A DNA stretch of 17,418 nucleotides. It comes from Candidatus Scalinduaceae bacterium. Lineage in GTDB: Bacteria; Planctomycetota; Brocadiia; Brocadiales; Scalinduaceae. How positions within the stretch are numbered: position 1 is the first letter of the stretch; every line of letters begins with the position of its first letter. The stretch is taken from positions 1 through 17,418 of the forward strand of contig JBHICG010000070.1 of NCBI GenBank assembly GCA_046759445.1. Direction: 5' to 3'. Positions 1 to 6,361 of this stretch are shown here, in pieces. The notes beneath the pieces are model-generated. The model searched no databases. It was given only the letters and a program-made list of their open reading frames with translations, and was not told where the DNA came from. Position numbers and translations under genes: made by a program.

Positions 1-2
1 AT

Positions 3-197
3 AAAGCCTGCTACAAAGGAGATGAAAAGACAGATATAGTATCAATCAGAGGTGGTACCAAGTTCCACAAGGAAGACGAAATAAGCTTCGAACATCTCAA
101 GGCTGGCGATTACATAAAATGCAACTATACAAAAGCATACGGAAAGATTTGGATAGATAGAATAGTCCTGATCGCTTCACCTCTTAGAGTAGACTGA
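3..197 (+). CDS. 3' end of a hypothetical protein (truncated by window edge)
   Basis: Manual translation gives an open frame from position 3 to TGA at 195-197: KACYKGDEKTDIVSIRGGTKFHKEDEISFEHLKAGDYIKCNYTKAYGKIWIDRIVLIASPLRVD*. 'ISFEHLKAGDYIKCNY' resembles small OB-fold (DUF5666-like) beta domains. Not in the ORF track. Confidence 0.6.
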   Translation, partial: KACYKGDEKTDIVSIRGGTKFHKEDEISFEHLKAGDYIKCNYTKAYGKIWIDRIVLIASPLRVD

Positions 198-415
198 TTC
201 ACTAAAAACGAAGGGTCTATCGTTTAAGAGATTACTATTATTTGGCAATTGAGTGAAGTGGAAATTTCAAATAAACAACCACCCTAAAAAAGTGGTTAAA
301 AGGAGGAGTGTAAGCTTTTTTATTTTCTGATCTCCTGCCAAAAGCAGAGGTTTTAAGGATAGAAATATATAACTAAATTTTTTTTAACTACTTTTTTCTA
401 TATTTCATCTCATCT

Positions 416-1195
416 TCATCCATCTTTTTCACTCTTTACCAACCTATTATCCGTTTGCATCTCTTTCTCTAAAAATTCAACTATTTCATAAAGTTTAACA
501 ATCTCTGCATCAGGTGTTACGCCTGTTATTTTCTGATGATTCCTTCCTTTCAGAACCGCAGTCATCCCTACCCGTTGAGCCCCCTGAATGTCTTCTATAA
601 TACTATCACCCACAAATATACATTCTGATGCATCCAGGCCTAATTCCTTTAATGCTCTTTCAAAGATAACGTGGCTGGGCTTCCTGAAGCCAACATCAGA
701 CGATACAAACACAGCTTCAAAAAAACGCGCAATTCCAAATCTTTTTAAATCCCCTTCTATTAACTCACCACTCCATGCAGAATTTGTAATAGCGGCAAGC
801 CTGAAACCTTTTTGTCTTAAGGCCATCAGGGTTTGCTCCGCATCTTCATAAACATCAAGTTCCCCAGCAAAAGGCTGGTACCAGGCATTGATTAATTTCT
901 TAAACATTTGAGCAGATATTTTAACCTTAATCTCCTCAAGCAGCGCCTGTACTTTATCTTTCATATTCCCAGACTTTATATTACCCTTTATACCACCCTT
1001 TTTGCGATTACCAATGTCTGACAATAGAGATTGAACCTTTTGAAAAAAAGCCTCATACGGAGGCATATCTACGTCTTGCTTGTTTAAAAATTCATATGCA
1101 TTTCGTGCGCCTGCGTAAGCCAGCTCTTTGGGCGTACCTCTTCCTTGCTTTAAAATAGTTCCTCCAATATCAAATAATATCGCCTTTATACTCAT
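416..1195 (-). CDS. HAD-superfamily hydrolase, subfamily IA (phosphatase)
   Basis: Motif I ILFDIGGTI, motif II ITNS, motif III RKP, motif IV FVGDSIIEDIQGAQRVGM. Confidence 0.9.
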   Translation of the reverse strand: MSIKAILFDIGGTILKQGRGTPKELAYAGARNAYEFLNKQDVDMPPYEAFFQKVQSLLSDIGNRKKGGIKGNIKSGNMKDKVQALLEEIKVKISAQMFKKLINAWYQPFAGELDVYEDAEQTLMALRQKGFRLAAITNSAWSGELIEGDLKRFGIARFFEAVFVSSDVGFRKPSHVIFERALKELGLDASECIFVGDSIIEDIQGAQRVGMTAVLKGRNHQKITGVTPDAEIVKLYEIVEFLEKEMQTDNRLVKSEKDG

Positions 1196-1248
1196 AAATC
1201 AGTCTGTTTCATCATAATCGAATAAGTTCGAGAGGGTCTTCCAATTTA

Positions 1249-1283
1249 CCCCGCTGCTTTCTTGCTGAAAGCAAGATGCGGGG
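1249..1283. repeat. GC-rich nested palindrome (REP-like miniature element)
   Basis: Outer stem CCCCGC(1249-54)/GCGGGG(1278-83) encloses TCTTGCT-GAA-AGCAAGA (1260-76), in an AT-rich background. Confidence 0.6.
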
Positions 1284-1403
1284 CCAGGTGGATTTTTCCC
1301 TTAATTCAATAACATTACCTTCCAGCCCCATCTACAGAATTCTTGTCGGGCAGGCGAACGGTTTGGCCGGGTGGGCAAAGTCGGGTAGGTTTCGCTAATT
1401 TTC

Positions 1404-2156
1404 TCAATGAGTCAATCCTGTATCTACTGGTTTGAACGATATTATCTTATCTTCACTCCATCCCTCGTGTTTTTTTATCATTATTCTGACCTCGTCTATC
1501 TCGTCAACGCCCTTAAGCGCTGACAAAGTGCCAAAAATCGTATGAGCCATAAGATCCTTTGCAAATTTCGCCATTACAACCTCCTCACCATTAACCGTAA
1601 CATAAATGGGTTTATCCGATAGAGATTTACAATCTTTTAGCACCTTATGCCCCTGCATAATCAATCTTGACATTTCTTCACAATTATATCCGCATTTTCC
1701 ACAATTCGTTTTTGGTAGTTTGCTGTAAGTTTTTTCGACCTCAATAGACTCTTCAACGTATGTTTTTATTTCTTGTAAATTATTATTGTACCTGAAGACG
1801 GTTTTTTCTCTTTCTTCGACATCACCTACCGCTATTTTAGGCACTTCTTGAATTTCACATCCTTCTACAAGGATAACGTCCGGATGAGAAAGGTTTTGTA
1901 ACGTAGATATAATATCATCAAATCCACTAACTGCTTCCATAATAAAAGCCGTCTCATTCTTTCCTGATACACAGACACTAATTGCCCCTGCCTTCTTATG
2001 CCGCCAACTATCCTTTCCCTCTTTGTCAATAGAGATGTTAACGGTAGCGTATTTTACAGTCGCAACTTTGTAACTATCGTTTACTAATTCCCTGGTCAGG
2101 CTTTCAAGCAAAGTTGTCTTACCTGCATTTCTAAGGCCATATATACCTAATATCAT
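1404..2156 (-). CDS. mobB: Molybdopterin-guanine dinucleotide biosynthesis protein B with inserted 4-Cys Fe-S domain
   Basis: Walker A GLRNAGKTT, DKEGKDSWRHKKAGA and DVILVEG. Then LPKTNCGKCGYNC...DC (putative Fe-S domain, PF04060-like) and a MobB C-terminal-type segment VTVNGEEVVM...LSALKGV. RBS GAGGAGG upstream. Confidence 0.85.
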   Translation of the reverse strand: MILGIYGLRNAGKTTLLESLTRELVNDSYKVATVKYATVNISIDKEGKDSWRHKKAGAISVCVSGKNETAFIMEAVSGFDDIISTLQNLSHPDVILVEGCEIQEVPKIAVGDVEEREKTVFRYNNNLQEIKTYVEESIEVEKTYSKLPKTNCGKCGYNCEEMSRLIMQGHKVLKDCKSLSDKPIYVTVNGEEVVMAKFAKDLMAHTIFGTLSALKGVDEIDEVRIMIKKHEGWSEDKIISFKPVDTGLTH

Positions 2157-2162
2157 AGTAAT

Positions 2163-3053
2163 TTATTTAACCTCCTCAACGCAACGAAAACCTCCAAAGT
2201 TCAAACGAACATCTGGGAAAACTGCAAATCGGAAGGTACATCTGAGGTCGACCATTAAATACCGCCATGACCCTCCCCGTACCACCCTGCCGGGAGCAGT
2301 GGGAGGCCCCTTTGGATTTTTGCCGGGACTCTGTCTATAATAACCGAAACCAAACCAGTCAGAACACCACTCCCATACATTACCGGCCATATCCTGACAA
2401 CCATATGGACTTGCGCCTTCGGGAAAGCTTCCTACAGGGGCGGGATGATAAAACCCATCATCATCATATTTAACAGATTTATAGTTGGCCCTGTAAATAC
2501 CTCCTTCATCGGCAGGAACTTCACCCCAGGGATACAATCTTTCATCAGTGCCCCTCGCCGCCTTTTCCCATTCCGCCTCGGTAGGCAACCTGCCACCTCT
2601 CCATTTGGCATACGCATAGGCTTCATACCAGCTAACACCAACGACCGGCTGGTCAGGTTTATTATAATTGCTGTTTTCCCAGAAGGCAGGTTTAGTAACG
2701 TTTTCTATCTCTTTCCATTCCCAACCTTCATCAGTCCAGTATTCTTTTTTGTTATATCCTCCTGCTTTTATAAATTTTTTATAATCGGCATTTGTGACTT
2801 CATACTTATCAATATAAAAGGCATCCACATAAACTTTATGCTTGGGTACTTCACGCTTAAACCACTTTGCTCTCTCGTTGTATAATTTTGCCAGATAAGG
2901 GATATCTTTTTCACTAGTACCCATCATGAATTCACCTGCAGGGACAAGTGCCATCTCCTTACCTGAATCCTCTTTGGAATAAGGTTTTGTTACAGCGCAT
3001 GCGGCCACGTTCAGAGACAGGTATATCAAGATAACCCACTTAAACATTTTCAT
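2163..3053 (-). CDS. Formylglycine-generating-enzyme (FGE-sulfatase/SUMF1) domain lipoprotein, probably non-catalytic
   Basis: PAGEFMMG, FYIDKYEVTN, PVVGVSWYEA, RLPTEAEWEKAARG, MAGNVWEWC, RVVRGGSW, GFRC. Hydrophobic N-terminus ends in a lipobox-like VAAC. Start placed at ATG 3053, which overlaps the upstream stop (ATGA); GTG 3071 is the alternative. Confidence 0.85.
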   Translation of the reverse strand: MKMFKWVILIYLSLNVAACAVTKPYSKEDSGKEMALVPAGEFMMGTSEKDIPYLAKLYNERAKWFKREVPKHKVYVDAFYIDKYEVTNADYKKFIKAGGYNKKEYWTDEGWEWKEIENVTKPAFWENSNYNKPDQPVVGVSWYEAYAYAKWRGGRLPTEAEWEKAARGTDERLYPWGEVPADEGGIYRANYKSVKYDDDGFYHPAPVGSFPEGASPYGCQDMAGNVWEWCSDWFGFGYYRQSPGKNPKGPPTAPGRVVRGGSWRYLMVDLRCTFRFAVFPDVRLNFGGFRCVEEVK

Positions 3054-3670
3054 TTTTTCGGAAGCGAACACTCCTCCTCCTTTATCCTTTTATAATACGC
3101 CTTACCTGAACATGCTTCACACTTTTCCTGCCCTTCAACAGAGAGGAATAGTTCGTTACATTCCTTACAAGAAACAACAGGCGTTGATAGGGTAGCCTTT
3201 GGAACGACTATCTTTACGTATTCATAAGACAGTACTTTTCGGCGTGCCAGTAAGAACTCTTCTGTTACAGGCGCCCAACGCTCTCCCTTTCCCAAATTAT
3301 GGTCTAAAGTTCGCAAATACCAACCATGAATATTGGGAAAATCCTTTGTTTTTTCGGTATCCAGCCAAAAGCGAATCCCTTCACCAGTCTTTTTGTCATA
3401 GAAGGTAGCCGCACACTTATGAAAGTCTACAACTCTAAACTGTGTCTTATTTCGCCTGTAACGCAACACTGTATGTATGCCACTGGGAAGACATAACCAT
3501 GTTTCAATAATAGCATCTACTTTCGGTACATCTTTAAGCAACTCCAGCGCCCAATCAGCCATAAAAACTCCTATTACCGCCCCGGGTACAGGAAAACCAT
3601 GAAATTCAATAGCCATATTGATCAGCTTATTCAAACTATATTCTTCATTATCGTTATTTTCTGTTTTCAT
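3050..3670 (-). CDS. FmdE-family protein with C-terminal zinc finger
   Basis: FHGFPVPG..IG (FmdE FHGHxCPG-like), IETWLCLP, YDKKTGEGIR, C-terminal CKECNE...CEAC zinc ribbon. Confidence 0.75.
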   Translation of the reverse strand: MKTENNDNEEYSLNKLINMAIEFHGFPVPGAVIGVFMADWALELLKDVPKVDAIIETWLCLPSGIHTVLRYRRNKTQFRVVDFHKCAATFYDKKTGEGIRFWLDTEKTKDFPNIHGWYLRTLDHNLGKGERWAPVTEEFLLARRKVLSYEYVKIVVPKATLSTPVVSCKECNELFLSVEGQEKCEACSGKAYYKRIKEEECSLPKK

Positions 3671-3719
3671 ATTAATACCTCGATTTTGTTGATATAAAAC
3701 GTTTCATTGCAACCATTAG

Positions 3720-3745
3720 AAAAAAAAAGAGATACCCTATCTTTT
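3720..3745 (-). terminator. Possible weak intrinsic terminator or attenuator between the desulfurase and FmdE genes
   Basis: Minus-strand RNA reads AAAAGAUA-GGG-UAUCU-C-U9, a short AU-rich stem followed by nine U. Confidence 0.35.
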
Positions 3746-3772
3746 ACCTTGCCTGGTTGCGGCCATACCGCT

Positions 3773-4993
3773 CTATGCCTTAAACAATGGTTGAGAACAA
3801 CAGCTCTCTTCAGCCGTATACTTAAACTCTCCTGTTAAATAGCAAATTGATCCGTATTCCCTTGCATATTCGATTACCTTTGGCATCACGCTTACGACAG
3901 AATCTATTTCTTCTTCTGTGTTTTCATATCCTAAACTGAAACGTATGGAGCCCTGTATTTCCTCAGGAGTCTTCCCCATAGCCGTAAGCACATGAGATGC
4001 CTTCATGGTTCCAATTGTGCATGCAGAGCCCTGTGAAGCAGCAATACCCTCAAGATTCAAGCTTATGATGAGTGTCCTTCCTTCAATTTTGCCAAAGCTG
4101 ATATTCAGGGTATTAGGCAGTCTACTGGTAGGATGCCCGTTCAGTTCGACGCTGATTCCCTTGTCCTTTATACCCTGGAAAAGTCTATCTCTTAATCCCG
4201 TTAATAGTTGATTTCTCCTGTCCATATCCTGCTTAAGCAATTCTACCAACTTGCCCAAACCAGCTATATTGGGAACATTTTCTGTTCCCGCCCTACGTCC
4301 CCCTTCCTGTTCTCCTCCATGAAGAAGTGGAGTTAACTTTATTCCTTCTCTAACGTACAAAAGTCCAATGCCTTTTGGTCCATTACTCTTATGAGCAGAT
4401 AGCGAAAGAAGGTCAATCTTAGACTCATTTACGTTAATTGGTATCTTGCCAAAGCTTTGAACGGCATCAGTATGAAACAATACATCTTTAGACCTTGCAA
4501 TATCACCTATCTCATCAATAGGCTGAATAGTTCCTACCTCGTTGTTCGCATGCATAATAGAGATCAGGATTGTTTTGTTATTTATGGCTTTTTCCAGCTC
4601 CTTGCAATCTATTAATCCATAATGATCTGCAGGCAAGTAAGTAACTTCAAACCCCTGACTCTCTAAATACTTGCACGTTGTCAATATTGAATGATGTTCA
4701 ATCTGGCTGGTTATAATGTGATTGCCTTTCTCCCTGTTGGCAAGCGCCAAACCTTTAATGGCAAGATTATTCGATTCTGTCCCGCCACTTGTAAAGATGA
4801 TTTCCCTGGGCTTGCATCCAAGGAAATCTGTAATTTTCTCTAAAGCCTGATTCACAGCAGCCTGCGCCTTGAGTCCAATATCATGTATACTCGATGGATT
4901 CCCGTAACACTCTCTTTGGCACTCTAGAATTGCTTCTGCAACTTCAGGATGAATCCTGCTGGTAGCATTGTTGTCAAGATATATCTCTTTCAT
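3773..4993 (-). CDS. iscS: Cysteine desulfurase, group I (IscS/NifS family), with Cys-rich C-terminal extension
   Basis: IYLDNNAT, YGNPSS, IIFTSGGTESNN, IEHHS, HTDAVQ, PLP lysine SAHKSNGPKG, RRAGTEN, catalytic loop SQGSACT, IRFSLG. Confidence 0.92.
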   Translation of the reverse strand: MKEIYLDNNATSRIHPEVAEAILECQRECYGNPSSIHDIGLKAQAAVNQALEKITDFLGCKPREIIFTSGGTESNNLAIKGLALANREKGNHIITSQIEHHSILTTCKYLESQGFEVTYLPADHYGLIDCKELEKAINNKTILISIMHANNEVGTIQPIDEIGDIARSKDVLFHTDAVQSFGKIPINVNESKIDLLSLSAHKSNGPKGIGLLYVREGIKLTPLLHGGEQEGGRRAGTENVPNIAGLGKLVELLKQDMDRRNQLLTGLRDRLFQGIKDKGISVELNGHPTSRLPNTLNISFGKIEGRTLIISLNLEGIAASQGSACTIGTMKASHVLTAMGKTPEEIQGSIRFSLGYENTEEEIDSVVSVMPKVIEYAREYGSICYLTGEFKYTAEESCCSQPLFKA

Positions 4994-5057
4994 GATTAAA
5001 TTACCTTAAAAAATTTTCTCTTTTTCTTCGCCTGTATCTTACAGACATAGATAGACG

Positions 5058-5130
5058 CCCCCCTTACCTTAATCCTCTCACCATTGGGGAGAAGCCCACC
5101 TGCCATTTGTCGGGAATGAAAGAGGAGGGG
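5058..5130. repeat. Degenerate REP-like palindromic element (CCCCT..CCCT/CCTCTCCCC-NNN-GGGGAGAGG type)
   Basis: CCCCTTACCTTAATCCTCTCACCATTGGGGAGA...GAGGAGGGG. Inner hairpin 5076-5092, outer CCCCT(5060-64)/AGGGG(5126-30). Confidence 0.55.
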
Positions 5131-5162
5131 TTATTTAGAAATCGTTGCGACGGGTGTTCCCA

Positions 5163-5663
5163 TTATGGATTACTTCCAACCTCACTTGCCGAACAAACGC
5201 ACCTTACCTTACCAACAGCCACAATCAAGACCCCTATTATCATACAAAAACCACCAATCGGTGTCATGGGAATAATAAAAGCCGGGCTGATAAGTCCTCC
5301 AAAAAATAATCCCAAAGTAAACAATACGGTTCCTGCAATCAATAGATACGAGGCAATTTGTTTTAAAATCAAAGAAAATGCTATAGAGCCAATAATCATG
5401 CCTAAAACGATATTAATCAGGGCAAATTCATTGGCATGGTGGTGGCTGGTAACCAATAGCTTCCTTGGAAGTTTTTTTATAAAAGCTGCCTCTTCTTTGA
5501 TATTCTGTGATTCATTCGTAGGTGTTATTCCCCATTTCTGTATTGGTTGATACCATTTGGGTTGTTCTATGGTAAATTCCAAAACCGAACCAGAAATCAT
5601 AAATAGAAAGAGCCAGCACAACCCAAAAATTATATTCTTTCTTCCCACATCATTTTCTTTCAT
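5163..5663 (-). CDS. Four-helix membrane protein, DUF423/YgdD/TMEM256-like
   Basis: About four hydrophobic segments. GTVLF..G and MTPIGGF.MIIG resemble the DUF423 signature. Also HHHAN and a C-terminal CVC. RBS AAGGAAGGGGG upstream of the ATG. Confidence 0.6.
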   Translation of the reverse strand: MKENDVGRKNIIFGLCWLFLFMISGSVLEFTIEQPKWYQPIQKWGITPTNESQNIKEEAAFIKKLPRKLLVTSHHHANEFALINIVLGMIIGSIAFSLILKQIASYLLIAGTVLFTLGLFFGGLISPAFIIPMTPIGGFCMIIGVLIVAVGKVRCVCSASEVGSNP

Positions 5664-5788
5664 TGATAGCCCCCTTCCTTTATTTACTACGTTTCCGTAT
5701 TAATATTTGCATTTAACTTTAGGCAGAAAAATGTGGCCGAATTTATATACTTTATTTACTAAAGTTTAAAATGCCAGACATAAAAACA

Positions 5789-5817
5789 ATTATATCAAAT
5801 AAAAATGTTCAATTGAA
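5789..5817 (-). promoter_or_regulatory. Candidate sigma-70 extended -10 promoter for the DUF423-iscS cluster
   Basis: Minus strand TTCAAT-N17-TATAAT with TGn immediately before the -10 (TGaTATAAT). The region is AT-rich, so a chance match is possible. Confidence 0.4.
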
Positions 5818-5852
5818 GAAAAATTATAAATCCGAATTACAGTAATAAATAA

Positions 5853-5870
5853 TCGCAAACATAGTACCAA
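5853..5870 (-). promoter_or_regulatory. Candidate sigma-54 (-24/-12) promoter
   Basis: Minus strand TTGGTACTATGTTTGCGA has exact GG-N10-GC spacing and closely matches TGGCAC-N5-TTGC. It points toward the ATG at 5663, about 190 nt away. Confidence 0.65.
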
Positions 5871-5999
5871 CTTTAATCACGATAGCTATGGATTAATTAA
5901 ATTTTGCGCTAAGTATCTATGTTAGTTTAAGATACAAGAACAACCTCTTCCATTTATAAAACAAACATTAAAACTACAAGGTAATAAAACTGAATAATT

Positions 6000-6048
6000 T
6001 GTCATTAATAAATAAGCTATACCAAAACTAATTGACAAAATGTCATTA
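6000..6048. promoter_or_regulatory. Candidate enhancer-binding-protein site (UAS)
   Basis: Perfect inverted repeat TGACA-AAA-TGTCA (6033-6045). TGTCATTA occurs at both 6000 and 6041, 41 bp or about 4 helical turns apart. The sites lie 130-180 bp upstream of the sigma-54 motif. Confidence 0.5.
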
Positions 6049-6361
6049 GCAATTCCGCAACAGATACTACTTAGGTATTTAGTTTATATCAGTTATGTGA
6101 TTCACAAAATATGACTGGATGATTCGTGAGGATTTATAGTTGGAGTACATTAAAAGCGAGCGAGTAAAGGACAGGAAAAATATCTAAAATTGTAAAATTA
6201 TTATTGAACCTCTAAAAACATATTTGTGAATTTGTTATCTGTGTTGATTCTGATAGTCAAACATAGAAGGGCTATACGACCATAAACCTTAAACTGTAAT
6301 GTACATCTTAATGCAAAACAAAAAACGTAAACTAGAATTCAGGCATTGCAAAACAGCTATC

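Noticed and set aside
299..313. Strong Shine-Dalgarno-like AAAGGAGGAG in the first intergenic gap
   Set aside because: It is followed immediately by GTG-TAA, with no usable ORF downstream.
2163..4993. Ergothioneine or selenoneine pathway (EgtB/SenA-like FGE domain plus a PLP C-S lyase); the FIKAGGY...W..EGW.W segment resembles EgtB
   Set aside because: The FGE protein lacks the N-terminal DinB-like domain with the iron-binding His triad and has a lipoprotein signal. The PLP enzyme retains the desulfurase catalytic Cys loop, and there is no egtD.
5664..5850. Moco/Wco riboswitch in the long leader of the cluster
   Set aside because: The leader is very AT-rich with no multi-stem structure visible to me. 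An Rfam/Infernal scan would settle it.
6096..6106. TGTGA-T-TCACA as a CRP-like site
   Set aside because: The spacer is 1 nt rather than 6, and it does not fit the Rex or FNR consensus either.
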